NCBI GenBank assembly: GCA_951406725.2
Contig: OX597824.1
Location: 42,470,001 to 42,534,000 of the forward strand
Reading direction: 5' to 3'
Length of the DNA stretch: 64,000 bases
Source of the DNA: Octopus vulgaris
Lineage: Eukaryota
The position numbers and the translations under genes were made by a program. Position 1 is the first letter of the stretch. Each line of letters begins with the position of its first letter. Below the pieces are notes generated by a model. That model was not told the origin of the DNA, did no database searches, and saw nothing but the letters and a program-made list of their open reading frames with translations. This document shows, in pieces, positions 1-13,390 of this stretch.

Positions 1-190
1 AGACGTTTCTTATTGTGAGAGTCGCTGACCTCAAGGTAGATGAAGAGTTAAATATTTTTAAGCAAAAGTATTTCATAAATTAGATACACGTTGTGAGAAA
101 CTGACCGACTAGACATAAGATGGAACTAGTGACGCGCATATCATGAGTTCAACTCTTATGGAAGCATATCTTTATCTTTTAAAGCAATAT

Positions 191-403
191 AAAGCGACGG
201 CTGGCAGAATCGTTAGCACGTTGGGAAAATGCTTAGGGGCATTTCGTCTGTCTTCACGTTCTGAGTTTAAATTACGCCGAAGTCGACTTGTCCTTCCATC
301 CTTTTGGCGTCAATAAATACCAGTTAAATATTGAGGGTCGATATAACCGACTTACCTTTCCTTTCTACTAAAATTGCTGGCCATGAGCCAAAATTTGAAA
401 CGA
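191..403 (+). mobile_element. SINE family B (tRNA-like head plus Nin-like domain), monomer
   Basis: ctggcagaatcgttagcacg..gttctgagtttaaattacgcc..ttccatccttttggcgtcaataaataccag. Other monomers at about 16877-17092(-), 26400-26500(-), 26529-26696(-), 26715-26929(-), 28809-29010(+) and 50567-50770(+). Confidence 0.75.
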
Positions 404-1755
404 ATATGTTTTAATTTTAACTTCCAGAGTTAACCTAAATTGTAAGAACACTAGAGATTTCCAGGAAGAAAAACTTAAATGCGATGAAATAGCCCCCTAC
501 CCCCAAAGTGTGAAATCTAAGTTGAGCACCATCCCTATGGCTTCTTGTGATTTAATGGAAGGATTAGCTGTCAACTTTTTCTCTGGGGATATGGGATGTT
601 TTCACAGAGAAGAGTTAAAAGATGTGAACAATAGTCTTCCTAACAACAACAACACTTGTAAATGGACTCTTTACGCACAGGAAAGATAGCAAACCAGATG
701 GTTTTAACTCTATAGAAATATTTCAATAAATTCATAGGAATAATTTATTGGCTATTTGGCCGGCAGATAAAACCTTATAAGTCTTCTTCATTTCCTCGCA
801 CTATTCTAAATAAGGATATGCAAGCTTAGATAGGATCGTTCCCTGCCATACGCCAACAAATAGCCACCGTCGATTGAATGAGAATGGTATTCTTACCTAT
901 CTTTGCATCGGTAGCCTTAATTAATTTATCGGCCCTTATTTTCCAATCTAAAGTGATATCTCTAGAAATGCATATAAATTTGAGGCTGTCATTAAGAAGT
1001 ATCTCTTTCATTTTTATTTTGTTTGTTTAGCTTTTTGTTTTTCTAAATAGCCATTTGCGTTCAATAACTTTAAAAAAAGAACACACACACATGCACCCAC
1101 ACACACACACACACATACACACACACATACACACACACACATAGACACACACACAGATATATATGTATATACGTATGAATGTATGTATTCATGTACATGT
1201 ATATGTGTGTACATATATGTATGTACTATGTATGTATACACACACCACACACACACACACATATATATATATGTATATACACATGTGTCTGTGTGTATGC
1301 GTGTGTGAGTGAGTCACTAAAGTGAGAAAGGTCACTAATCAGCACCAGTATTGCCAAAAATATGAGTCAAAACAACTCAATAGCCATAGAACCACTATCT
1401 TAGAGCAGCAGATATAGCCAGATCATCAATGATTTTACATTTTGATGCTTACGCATCTTAATGCGCATCGCTGGTTCTCACCGCGGCTAGGGTTAAACTC
1501 AGCTCACCTTGTCAGTTTGTAAGATTTCCGTTGAAATCATGCGCTGATTTCATAAACAGTAAAACTGAAAATAATAATATGGGTGGCTAATTCGCAATTT
1601 TACAACCGAAATGTAGAAATATGCATGTATGTATGTTCAGTCCCATTGTGTAGTACCTTGGGCAAGTGTCTTCTACTATAGAAGCTACATGCCGACCAAA
1701 GCCTTCTGAGTGGATTTGGTAGGTGGACACTGAAAGAAGCCCATCGTATATACAT

Positions 1756-1804
<49 letters not shown>

Positions 1805-2020
1805 TTAGGGAATAAATCCAAACTTACAGGGAAAAATCAGAATTAGGATTGAATTCAATTTTATAGTAAAATATTATATTATATTAAACGATCGTAGTGG
1901 GATATTAATTATATTTTTTAATAATTTTGTTACATATTTAAATAATATAAATTAATCATATGTATTGGCTTAAGTCTTTCATTATTTGATTTGCCTAATA
2001 GTGGTTTTGTCTCTAATTTA

Positions 2021-2091
<71 letters not shown>

Positions 2092-2093
<2 letters not shown>

Positions 2094-2468
2094 TCTTTTA
2101 CTTGTTTCAGTCATTTGATTGTGGCCATGCTGGAGCTCTGCTTTTAGTCAAGCAAATCGACTCCAGGACTTCTTTGTAAGCCTAGTACTTATTCTATTGA
2201 TATCTTTTGCCGAACCGCTAAGTTACGAGGACGTAAACACACCACCATCGGTTGTCAAGCGATGTTGGGGGGGGGGAGGAGAAACAGAGACACACAAACA
2301 TAAACACACACATACATAGATACGACAGGCTTCTTTCAGTTTCCGTCTATCAAATCCACTCAGAAGGCTATAGTAGAAGACACTTGCCCAAGGTGCCATA
2401 CAGTGGGACTGAACCCGGAACCATATGGTTCGTAAGCAAGCTACTTAACACACAGCCACTCCTACGCC
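2092..2468 (-). mobile_element. SINE family A
   Basis: Homologous to 22945-23345. Further pieces nearby at about 1635-1750, 2590-2800, 3052-3250 and 3440-3800. Confidence 0.8.
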
Positions 2469-2509
2469 TATGTGTGTGTTTGTGTATGTGTGTGTGTGTG
2501 CGTGCGTGC

Positions 2510-2549
<40 letters not shown>

Positions 2550-3550
2550 GCACGTGTGTGTGTGCGTGTGCACGTGTGTGTGTAAGTGCCTTTGTGTCTA
2601 TGTTTGTTCCCCTTCCACCACTTGACAAACCGTGTTGGTGCGTTTGCGTACCCGTAACTTAGGGGTTCGGCAAAAGACGTCGATAGAATAAGTACCAGGC
2701 ATTAAAAAGAAGTACTGGTATCGATTCATTCGACTGAAAATTCCTGAATGCGGTGCCCCAGCATGGCCGCAGTCTAATGACTGAAATAAGTAAAAAATAA
2801 AATTTAATCTCCGATCAAATTAATCATTTCATTTTCCTTTTCTAAATAATACAAATCAAGCCATATTTCCGTATTCATAGTTTCATCTTTCAAGGCTGAC
2901 AGGAAACGTTAATGCTTCCTAGGGCTAAATAGCAGTGGTGTGATTCCCTTCATGGGACTATCACATTAAGTTGACAGTATACAACTACTCTATCGTACCA
3001 CTACTGCTTATATCTCTCTGAGATATTTAGAAATGTAATATTTCTATATATCTTTTATTCGTTTCAGTCATTAAACTGCATCCATTCTGGTGCACCATCC
3101 TGTATTCCTTTAGTCGAACGAATCGTCTACAATACTTATTTTTAAAGACTGGTTTTTATCAGTTCTTTTTGGCCAAACCGCTAAGTTACGAGGATGAAAC
3201 AAACCAACACTGGTTTGAAGTGGTTGTGGGATGACTAACAGAAAGCCCCCCTACCACACACACACGCTCACATACACGCACACTCACACATACACACACA
3301 GATACGTGTACATATAAGGGAAGTCCCAGACACATGTTTCTGTTCCAGTAGCCAAGCATATATTTGAACCACGTAGTCAAATACATATATATAAAACAAC
3401 ATACAATATACGTACATAATTTCATACAAAATGAATACATTGGGCAATGGTCTTCTACTATAGCCGTGAGGCAACCAAAGCCTTGTCAGTGGATTTCATA
3501 GATGGAAACTAAAAAAAACCCGTCGTATATATGTGTATATATTGTGAATA

Positions 3551-3591
<41 letters not shown>

Positions 3592-4557
3592 TTATGTTTG
3601 TGTTTGTTCTCCCACCACCATTTGGCAACTGGTACTGGTGTGTTTACGTCCCCGTAATCTAACCGTTCAGGGAAAGAGATCGATCGAAAAAGTTCCGGAC
3701 TTTTAAAAATAAGTATTGAGGTCAATACATTCGAATAAAAATTCTTCAAAGCGGTGCCCCAGCATGGCCGCAGTCTAATGGCTGGAACAAGTAAAGAAAG
3801 AACAAAAAAAAATACAGAGTAAATCTATATACAAGGCTTGACAAAACACAGCCATAGTAACCCGAAACTTCGAAGTCACAATTAACCTTCTTCTTGTAGT
3901 AATGAATATGGCGCTTTACCGAAAATTATTGAATGAACGTTCGATTTAATGCTCGGCTGTTATATAACTATACAAGACAACAAACATTAATATAATAATA
4001 AGCCTGCATATATAAAGATATATATATATGCGCATATTTATCTATTTATTCATGTGTGTGCATGTATGTGTCCATATTATATGTATTTGTTATATATGTA
4101 TTATGTATGCATGTGCGTACGCGTGTGCGATGCCGTGAAAGGGCAGACTGCAATATTTTCAAAGATTATTATTTGTCTTCATAATTACAAACTTAAGTGA
4201 ACGACTTTCGTTTGATTATCTCTCATATCTGTCGTTTCTGTGGTCAGCCACACTTCATTAGAAAAATATAAAACGCTTATTGTTAATCTAAACATGTATT
4301 GTTCGCCCATTCGAGCGAAATATCAACGTGTATTGTGGTGTTCGATTGTTCAGCTATTAGGCTGCAAAATATTAATAAAGTCTTTCTAAATATTAATTTT
4401 GATTTCTATCAACCACCAAATAATAATAACGACGACAACAAAAACAACAACAACAACAATAATAATAATAATGATACACAATAACTCCAGTCTACAACAT
4501 CAGGGTATTGGCTACTCTGCGACATCTTCAATAATAATAATAATGATGATGATGATG

Positions 4558-4621
<64 letters not shown>

Positions 4622-4626
4622 TGATA

Positions 4627-4681
<55 letters not shown>

Positions 4682-4755
4682 CTTTTATTGAGAACAATGA
4701 CCCAAGACATGAAGGTCTATATCGAGGGATGAGTTACAGCACACAAATAATAATG

Positions 4756-4810
<55 letters not shown>

Positions 4811-6370
4811 GTAACCATGAAAAGAGGAAAACTACTTAAGAGTAACAACATCACACTAGATGAAGCAAATGAAATAAAAGAATTAGACCAAAGCCAAACT
4901 TACAAATACTTAGGAATCCATGAACTAGATAAGACACAACACACACAAATGAAAGAGAAAATAAAAAAAGAATATTATAGACGAGTTAGATCAATACTAA
5001 ACACAGAGCTCAATGCTAAAAACAAGATAATAGGTATCAACACTTTAGCTGTCACAGTTATAAGTTACAGCTACAATATCCTTAACTGGACACGAAATGA
5101 ACTGACCAAAATAGACAGGAAAACAAGAAAAATATTGACAGGATCTAGGATGCATCACCCAAAATCTGACATAGAAAGACTATATATACAACGTATAGAA
5201 GGTGGTAGAGGCCTTATACAGCTGGAAAACTACTATAAAATAACCACCATAGGACTGCAAAAATATCTACTTCAGAAGGAAGGAAAACTGATCCAGATAG
5301 CGGCAAAACACGAGCAAAACAAAAAACTGTTCTCAGTATTTAAGGAAGCTGACAAATACAAACAAGAAATCATACCACCTAATAAACATGAAGAAGAAGA
5401 AGAAGAAGAAGAAGAAGAAGATGAAGAAACAACAAAAGCTATAAAAAAAATGAAATCCAAACTAAAAATAGAACAGCAACGAACCATGATAAAACGATGG
5501 CAAGAAAAGCCCCTTCATGGTAAATACTGGACTAAACTAAACGCAAAAGAAATAGACAAAGAAAAATCCCAGCAATGGTTGAGAAGTTCAGGACTCAAAG
5601 CAGAAACAGAGGGATTTTTAATTGCAGCACAAGACCAAAGCCTCCCCACCAGAAATTACCAAAAACATGTAATGAAAAGAAATATTACAAGTAACTGCAG
5701 AATATGTGGAGATGGACAAGAAACAATAAATCATATTATCTCTAGCTGCCCAGTCTTGGCTAAGAAGGAATATATTCACAGACACGACAGAGTTGGATCT
5801 TACATACATTGGAAGCTATGCCAACATTATGGAATAACAACAGAAAAAAGATGGTATAGGCACACACCAGAAAAGGTCACAGAAAACGAGAAAGCAACCA
5901 TACTCTGGGATATGCCGATACACACAGATAGAGAAATTAAGGCCAACAGACCAGATATAGTTGTCAGAGACCATGAAGAAAAAAAATGCTTTCTAATTGA
6001 TGTATCAGTACCGGCAGATGACAACGTGTCTCTAAAAGAAATGGAGAAACTCTCAAAATACAAAGACCTGGAAATAGAGGTAACTAGAATGTGGAATCTG
6101 AAAACAGAAACAATTCCTATCATAGTAGGTGCATTAGGCATGATAAAAAAATATTCAGACAAATACATAACAAAAACACCAGGACTTACAAACACATATA
6201 ACATACAGAAAATTGCACTACTAGGCACTGCACACATCCTACGCAGAACACTTTCCATACAATAACCATCAGAGCATCACAACAAATCACAGCACATACC
6301 CAAGGCACACAGAGCTGCGCTCGGTAGTGAAGTGAAAGCACGCTATAAAAATAAAAATAAAACTACTGAA
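4811..6370 (+). mobile_element. 5'-truncated Dong/R4-type LINE inserted in a (TAA)n microsatellite
   Basis: ORF above plus a ~105-bp 3'UTR ending aaaataaaactactg. (TAA)n abuts both ends (about 4758-4810 and 6370-6460), matching the known TAA targeting of Dong elements. Confidence 0.88.
4817..6265 (+). CDS. C-terminal part of R4/Dong-clade non-LTR retrotransposon ORF (end of RT/thumb, CCHC knuckle, REL endonuclease); 5'-truncated
   Basis: Uninterrupted 482-aa frame. Motifs: YKYLGI (end of RT), LYIQRIEGGRGL, AAQDQ, CRICGDGQETINHIISSC knuckle, RHD, ANRPDIVV...LIDVSVP...KEMEKLSKY (PD..D..K REL nuclease), IIVGALG, QKIALLGTAHILR. Confidence 0.93.
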   Translation: MKRGKLLKSNNITLDEANEIKELDQSQTYKYLGIHELDKTQHTQMKEKIKKEYYRRVRSILNTELNAKNKIIGINTLAVTVISYSYNILNWTRNELTKIDRKTRKILTGSRMHHPKSDIERLYIQRIEGGRGLIQLENYYKITTIGLQKYLLQKEGKLIQIAAKHEQNKKLFSVFKEADKYKQEIIPPNKHEEEEEEEEEEDEETTKAIKKMKSKLKIEQQRTMIKRWQEKPLHGKYWTKLNAKEIDKEKSQQWLRSSGLKAETEGFLIAAQDQSLPTRNYQKHVMKRNITSNCRICGDGQETINHIISSCPVLAKKEYIHRHDRVGSYIHWKLCQHYGITTEKRWYRHTPEKVTENEKATILWDMPIHTDREIKANRPDIVVRDHEEKKCFLIDVSVPADDNVSLKEMEKLSKYKDLEIEVTRMWNLKTETIPIIVGALGMIKKYSDKYITKTPGLTNTYNIQKIALLGTAHILRRTLSIQ

Positions 6371-6404
6371 TAATAATAATAATAATAATGATAATAATGA
6401 TGAA

Positions 6405-6462
<58 letters not shown>

Positions 6463-6606
6463 TAATTATAAATTATGATTTTTTTGTTTTTGAGTCAATT
6501 CTGTAATCCAGATACTGATTATCTCGCATAGATACAAGGTGTGTCGCTGTCCATCAATGGCATTGCGTGTATGTATAAACGCACACACACGAAGATAATG
6601 TGTGTG

Positions 6607-6650
<44 letters not shown>

Positions 6651-7076
6651 TGTGTGTATGCACGCACGCACAAATACAATCTAAATTTGCTCACAATCAC
6701 TCAAATAATTTTCTCAAACGCACATGTCATATACACATATGTTATTATAGTCTTTGTTATTACTGTTGTTGTTGTTATTGCTGTTGCTGCTGCTGTTGCT
6801 GCTACTACTACTATTACTACTACTATAGTAAAAATATTTTATGTTGGTTTCTTTTGGTACAGCGCATCAATATCCACTTTGTTTAAAAATAATTATGTTT
6901 GAGAGGAAAGTGGGAAGAAAGGAAGAGGACGAAAAGGAGGAGAAGAAGTGAGAGCAAAATAGATGAGTGGAGAAAGAGATAGGGAGGAGAAGATAAAAGG
7001 AAGATGTAAACGGTTGCGGCAGACTGGGTGCAAAGTAGGGAGAAATGAAAGAAATGAAGGAGCGAGTCACGTAAGC

Positions 7077-7118
<42 letters not shown>

Positions 7119-7872
7119 GACAAATAAGTAACAGCAAGAAAAATACATGAGGGACAAGTTTTCTCTAAAGTGTTATTACTTTAAGGCTTAAAAGGAAAGC
7201 GAAATGTCTTTACGTTTCGGACAGTAGGCCTTTAACCGAAAACGTTTCGCATGAAAGTCCTTCCTCCAACACACGAAGAGGACGAAAGGTGGTGGAAAGG
7301 AAGGAAGAAACGACGGAGGAAATCGCGTCCGGTCAATTCCTTATCAGTATGTAATAGCATGCTACATTGGTATTAAACGGTGTTTAAAATGTATTGAATT
7401 GGCCTAAAGAAATACAAACTCTCTGCAGATATCAAAATATGGAAAATAACTACAATTGGAACGAAAAGGGGAAAAACAATGAAAGTATTAATACAGTAAC
7501 TTTCATAAAATTTCTTTTTTCATCTTTAATGCCCTTTTGTTATTTTCGTTTACACACCAAAATAGAGAAACCTTCATAAAACGACACTAATAAAACATAG
7601 GTGTCTATACAAAGAATAAAGTAAAAATGATAATTACTTTGATATGTATGAAGACCATATGAAAAAAAAGGATTAAATGTGCGCGAGCGTAGTTGTATGG
7701 TAAAAGTATGCTTCCAAATCGCATGTTTCCGGGTTCAGTGCCACTCCGTAGCACTGTGGGCAAGTATCTTCTACTATAACCTCGGGTCTAGCAGGCCTTA
7801 TAAGTAGATTTTGTAGGCAGAAACTGAAAGAAGCCCATCGTGTGCAAGTATCTCTCTCGCTCTCTCTTTCTT

Positions 7873-7939
<67 letters not shown>

Positions 7940-8025
7940 TAAATAACAAAGTGAAGTTGTAAGGTACCGCACGAGTTGAAATATATATGAAAGAAGGTTT
8001 GAAAATGCAATTTTAAAGATATTTA

Positions 8026-8073
8026 TTCACTTGACCGGTTTCACTTTTTTAGAAAAAGATTGTCAAAAGTAAA
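8026..8073 (-). ncRNA. Minimal hammerhead variant with U3:A8 core
   Basis: Minus strand: tttactt TTGACAA t ctttttctaaaaaag t GAAA ccgg TC aagtgaa. Palindromic ACCGGT stem III; the first pair of stem II is mismatched. Confidence 0.5.
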
Positions 8074-8260
8074 ATGTAAAGCTTTGTAAAAGCTTTGTTG
8101 TGTTATGTACTGGTTGTCACAAAATATTACAATACATATATACATTCTTTGATAATAATAAGAAAATGTTAAAAACAGTTTGCAAGGAAATATCTTGAGA
8201 AAATATTAAAATGTTCATTAAAAATATTAGGATTTCATTAAAGATCATGTTTGTTTAGAA

Positions 8261-8322
<62 letters not shown>

Positions 8323-8784
8323 AATTATAAGTTCAAAAAGAGTCATATTTGGTAGTACATATATACACAGAAGGAAATATATTTAGGAGTTTACAAAGAA
8401 TTTGCGATGAACTGACCTGTTTTAGCATTTTTCATTCTCTGTGAAGCTGAAGGTTGTTTACTATTTTAAGGGACAGTGTGGGAGGTTGGTTTGGGTGGGG
8501 GGAAGGAAAAGCAATGTGGAATTGAAAGGATTTTTATGTTTCTCTTTCATGGTTGGTCTTTCATGGCTAGTCTTTCATGGTTCAATGGTTTTGGGGACTG
8601 GTCTCAGAGGTCAGAATGGTGTGAATGTGTGTGTGTGTGTATATACATGTGTTTGTGTTTGTGTGTAGGGGCCGTTTTTGATTGGTCCCAGGGTTTATTG
8701 TGGTGTATGTAAATGTGTCTCTGTGTGTTTAATAAATATTAATCACACATAAAAATATTAATTTCACACAAATATTAATCACAA

Positions 8785-8821
<37 letters not shown>

Positions 8822-8889
8822 AACGTGCACACATATACACACACCATCCTACTAAATATTAAACACACACGGACACATTTTTCGTTAAT

Positions 8890-9198
8890 ATTAATAACCT
8901 GTAAGGACAGAGCATTTCGTTATGCAACCATAATATTCTACAAAGTATATTAAATGTTTTTATTTATAAGTCAATACTGTCAAGGTTATGTCCTACAGAT
9001 TTTGTACAGAAATTAAAGCCAGTGCCGATTTTTGTGTTTAATATGTAAAATTGGTCTATCCAGTAACGTTTCACCACTATAGTGGTTATGTAATCAATGA
9101 GTTCGTGGATGTATTAACTTATTAAATCGTTTAATATACTTTATAGTATATTATGGTTGCATAACGAAATACCGTGTCCCTACAAGTCATAAATATTT
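8890..9198. repeat. Diverged inverted repeat (about 90-bp arms)
   Basis: atttcgttatgcaaccataatat..aaagtatattaaa (8914-8953) / tttaatatacttt..atattatggttgcataacgaaat (9130-9170). Confidence 0.75.
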
Positions 9199-9214
9199 AT
9201 GTATCAGCTTCCTG

Positions 9215-9533
9215 CTGAAACCCCGTTCGGTCATGTCTGACCATGGGATTGCTCCTAGAAAGTTACCCTGCCAGGCACATGTTGTTTATGGAAGACCAGC
9301 AGTCGCCCATGCATACCGGCCTCCCCTATCCGCGCCACCAGTGCTTTCCAAGAGAAAGGCAAAGGCCGATACAGCTTGGCACCAGTGAAGTCGCAACACA
9401 TTTCTACAGCTGAGTGAACTGGAGCAACGTGAAATAAAGTGTTTTGCTCAATGCGTAGCCCAGTCCGGAAATCGAACTCACAACCTCACGTTCGTAAGCT
9501 CGACGCTCTACCCACTGAGCCATGCGCCTTCAC
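9215..9533 (-). mobile_element. tRNA-derived SINE (family E): head and core like 42011, different tail
   Basis: Minus strand gtgaaggcgcatggctcagtggg..gttcgatttcc..cactttatttcacgttgctccagttcactcagctg, then an unrelated tail. Confidence 0.8.
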
Positions 9534-9648
9534 AGGAATGCTTCCATCAATATTTTTAATATATAAAATTGGTATATTCAATAATGTTACGCCTACATAT
9601 ATAGTGGCTATTTAAGCAGTGAGTTCGTGGATGGTAAATGGGTTGGAT

Positions 9649-9696
9649 GGGTGCTGATGAAGGAGCAAAATCTCCTGGAGCATGTCATATACACCC
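9649..9696 (+). ncRNA. Degenerate hammerhead motif
   Basis: gggtg CTGATGA aggag caaaat ctcct GGAG catg TC atata caccc; GAAA is mutated. Confidence 0.4.
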
Positions 9697-9899
9697 TTTA
9701 TTCATCTCTGATCTCGTTGTTGTTGTTGTTGTTGTTTACATCTGGCGTCTCGGATATGAAACATCGTAACAAAAATTAGTGCTGGTTATAATGTCTATAG
9801 ACAATCTGTAGTGATAACCTTAAAAAGGATCTTAAGTTGTATCCCTGGTAAGGTCATTGGCTTCTGTGCAATTCAGTTTACGTAATCTTAAGGAATTTG

Positions 9900-10051
9900 C
9901 GACAGAAGTGGCTGTGTGATAAGTAGCTTGCTTACCAACCACATGGTTTCGGGTTCAGTCCCACTGCGTGGCACCTTGGGCAAGTGTCTTCTACTATAAC
10001 CTCGGATCGATCAAAGCCTTGTGAGTGGATTTGGTAGACGTCGTATATATG

Positions 10052-10114
<63 letters not shown>

Positions 10115-10318
10115 GTACGTGTGTGTGTGTCTGTGTTTGTCTCTCCAGCATCGCTTGACAACCAATGCTGGTGAGCTTACGTCCTCATAACTTAGCGGTT
10201 CGGCAAAAATGTACTAGGCTTACAAAGAATAAGTCCTGGGGTCGATTTGCTCGACTAAAGGCGGTGCTCCAGCATGGCCAGAGTCAAATGACTGAAACAA
10301 GTAAAAGAGTAAAAGAGT
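9900..10318 (+). mobile_element. SINE family A with internal (TA)n
   Basis: Head gtggctgtgtgataagtagc, tail actgaaacaagtaaaagagtaaaagagt. Further pieces at 7680-7845 and 10850-10990. Confidence 0.82.
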
Positions 10319-11089
10319 GCCTCTATACACAGATATCCACTCCAGGGCAGATTTGTTTCGCATTAGCTTAAAGTTACTGGTTATGATTAACGCTAATATC
10401 TAAATTATATGTTATTGATATTTTTTTAGAATAAATAAAGAGAAAAGTGATAAAATTAGGAAACGAAATCGATGACTTTGTGCAGGAATATTGCCACAAG
10501 AATTAACAGTAACCAAAAGGTCAAAGGGAAGTGACATTTCTCAGAAAGAACATTAATTACGTTGAGTTCAGTGATCAAGACGATAATCGGAGGCTAATCC
10601 GAATTTGCAATGTACTGTAAATTATAACTGTGATCATGCCCGGATGGTTTCTAGCCACGATAACCCATTTTTCCCATCATTCTCAACCTGTAAACTATTT
10701 CTTCTATTCTTTCTTCTAATCGTCACATTGTTTTATATATTTTTATTTACACACATACACACATGCACACACACACACACATACGCAAATACACACACAC
10801 AGACACAAATACACACAAACAAACAAGCACACACACACGCATTCATTTATTCTTTTACATACTTCAGTCATTTCCCTGCGGCCATGCTGGAGCACCGCCT
10901 TTAGTCAAAGAAACCGACCCCAGGACTTATTCTTTGTAAGCCTAGTACTTTCATTATCGGTTGTCTTTTGCTGAACCGCTAATGTTACGCAACACGACAC
11001 ACCAGAATTAAGAAACCAAATAAACTTACTTCAAAATCATGATTCGTCCTGTCATAGAATATATAAGTATGTATGTGTGTGTATATATA

Positions 11090-11125
<36 letters not shown>

Positions 11126-11184
11126 TGTATGTATGTATGTATGTATGTATGTATGTATGCATATGTATATATGTATATATATAT

Positions 11185-11216
<32 letters not shown>

Positions 11217-11221
11217 TTATT

Positions 11222-11265
<44 letters not shown>

Positions 11266-11266
<1 letters not shown>

Positions 11267-11524
11267 TGTTGTGTCTGGGAAGAGTAATTTTCTTTTTGTG
11301 CCTTATAATTTAATACACACACCGGTAAAATTTCCACTTATTTCTTATTTTTGTTTTCTTAAAATTTTCGTTGCATCTTGCAACCTTTTCAATAGTCAAG
11401 ATTATTGAAAAGGTTGCAACGAAAACTTTATGAAAATAAACATAAGAAATAAGGGGAAATTTTACCGGTGAGTGTGTTAAATTATAAGGCACAAAAAGAA
11501 AATAACTCTCCCCAGACACAACAG
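11266..11524. repeat. Fold-back palindrome of about 255 bp between (TA)n tracts
   Basis: ctgttgtgtctggg...ttgcaaccttttcaata | tattgaaaaggttgcaa...cccagacacaacag; centre near 11400. Confidence 0.9.
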
Positions 11525-11589
11525 AATATGCTTCAACACACGAAGTAATATAAAGAATCTTGCAAACCAAATCTAAATATATATATATA

Positions 11590-11968
11590 AGTAGCTTGCT
11601 AACCAACCACATGGTTCTGGGTTCAGTCCTACTGCGTGACACCTTGGGCGAGTGTCTTCTACTATAGCCTCGGCCGACCAAAGCCTTGTGAGTGGATTTG
11701 GTAGATGGAAACTGAAAGAAACCCGTCGTATATGTGTGTGTATGTGTGTGTGTGTGTTTGTGTCTGTGTTTGTACCCCCAACATCGCTTGACAACCGATG
11801 CTGGTGTGTTAATGTCCCCGTAAGTGAGCGGTTCGGCAAAATAGACCGATAGAATGAGTACTAGACTTCCAAAGAATAAGTCCTGGGGTCCAATGTTCGA
11901 CTAAAGGCGGTGCTCCAGTATGGCCGCAGTCAAATGACGAAAACAAATAAAGAATAAAAGAATAAAAG
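11590..11968 (+). mobile_element. SINE family A, 5'-clipped
   Basis: Homologous body and tail. Confidence 0.8.
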
Positions 11969-12029
11969 ACACACGCACGCACACACAGACGTGTCTATAT
12001 GCTATATATATATATATATACTGTTATTC

Positions 12030-12239
12030 TTTTATTTGTTTCAGTCCTTTGACTGCGGCCATACTGGAGCACCGCCTTTATTCGAGCATCGACCCCAGGA
12101 CCTATTCTTTGTAAGCCTAGTAGTTATTCTATCAGTCTTTTTTTGCCGAACCGCTAGGTTACTGGGACGTAAACACACCAGCATCGGTTGTCAAGCCATG
12201 CTGTGTGTGTGATGGGGGACAAACACACACACACAAACT

Positions 12240-12290
<51 letters not shown>

Positions 12291-12445
12291 GACGGGCTTC
12301 TTTCAGTTTCCGTCTGCCAAATCCTCTCACAAGGCTTTGGCCTGCCCGAGACTATAGTAGAAGACCCTTGCCCAAGGTACCACGCAGTGAGACTGAACCG
12401 GGAACGATGTGGTTGGTAAACAAGCTACTTACCACACATCCACTC
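12030..12445 (-). mobile_element. SINE family A
   Basis: Inverted relative to the 11590 copy; internal (TA)n. Confidence 0.8.
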
Positions 12446-12671
12446 CATATATCGTAATATTAAATTTCTGAGCGAGATTTAAACTGCAGCAGCTCTGAAT
12501 AGTGAAGTATGTTTGTCAACTAAATGTGGCGGTTCCATAGAGGACGATGCTACTGTTGTTTTTTTAGCCCCAGGAGGACATCTCCTCCAGCTGGCTAATG
12601 ACACACTGTCTGTGTCGGATTAGTATTTGCGAGGGAAAATCATCGCTCCCATTTCTAGCCTTACGTGATAC

Positions 12672-12716
12672 TCATAGACACGGTTTTCTGGGTAGTAACC
12701 CGTCATCAGTCTCTGA
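12672..12716 (-). ncRNA. Degenerate hammerhead motif
   Basis: Minus strand: tcagaga CTGATGA cgggt tact accca GAAA accg TG tctatga. Stems I and II are present; the cleavage-site nucleotide is G, so probably inactive. Confidence 0.45.
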
Positions 12717-13019
12717 TAATCATCAGCTAGCGATGAGAACTCATTCAAAACGCAAAATACTCTATGCTATTTCCAGATTAACAAGGAGCTAAAAGGAAAT
12801 TGGACAAATCAGGGGCTGGAAAAAGAAACAACTGACCATAAGAGCGGTGAATGCAAAAAGGATGGGTAGCTTGAAAGCAGGTTCGTGTGGTGCTTTTTAG
12901 AAGGAGCATTATTGAAAGTGTACCAGTAGGTTGAACGAAAGACAGAGACTGAAAGAAAATCCCTACTGAGATAAAGCTGAACAAAATTGAATTAATGGAA
13001 ATATAGAGACAGAAATATT

Positions 13020-13390
13020 ATTTTCTACTCTAGGAACAAAGCCCGAAATTTTGGGGGAAGGGGACTAGTCGATTAGATCGACCCCAGTACGCAACTGGTA
13101 CTTAATTTATCGAAAGGATGAAAGGTAAAGTTGACCTCGGCGGAATTTGAACTCAGAACATAAAGACAGACAAAATACCCATTTCTTTACTACCCACAAG
13201 GGGCTACACAGAGAGGACAAACAAGGACAGACAAACGGATTAAGTCGATTATATCGACTCCAGTGCGTAACTGGTACTTATTTAATCGACCCCGAAAGGA
13301 TGAAAGGAATTTGAACTCAGAACGTAGCGGCAGATGAAATACCGCAAGCATTTCACTCGGCGTGCTAACATTTCTGCCAGCTCGCCGCTT
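13020..13390 (-). mobile_element. SINE family B with internal duplication
   Basis: Two copies of ggaatttgaactcagaac and aactggtactta; homologous to 32325 and 62469. Confidence 0.8.

Noticed and set aside
600-1010. Possible decayed LINE RT (FTE.EL, YRNISI-like words)
   Set aside because: The motifs are too weak and fragmented to support by eye.
9140-9185. gtt gcat aac GAAA ..GTC motif in the 8890-9198 inverted repeat
   Set aside because: No CUGANGA-like core in either arm; reported only as an inverted repeat.
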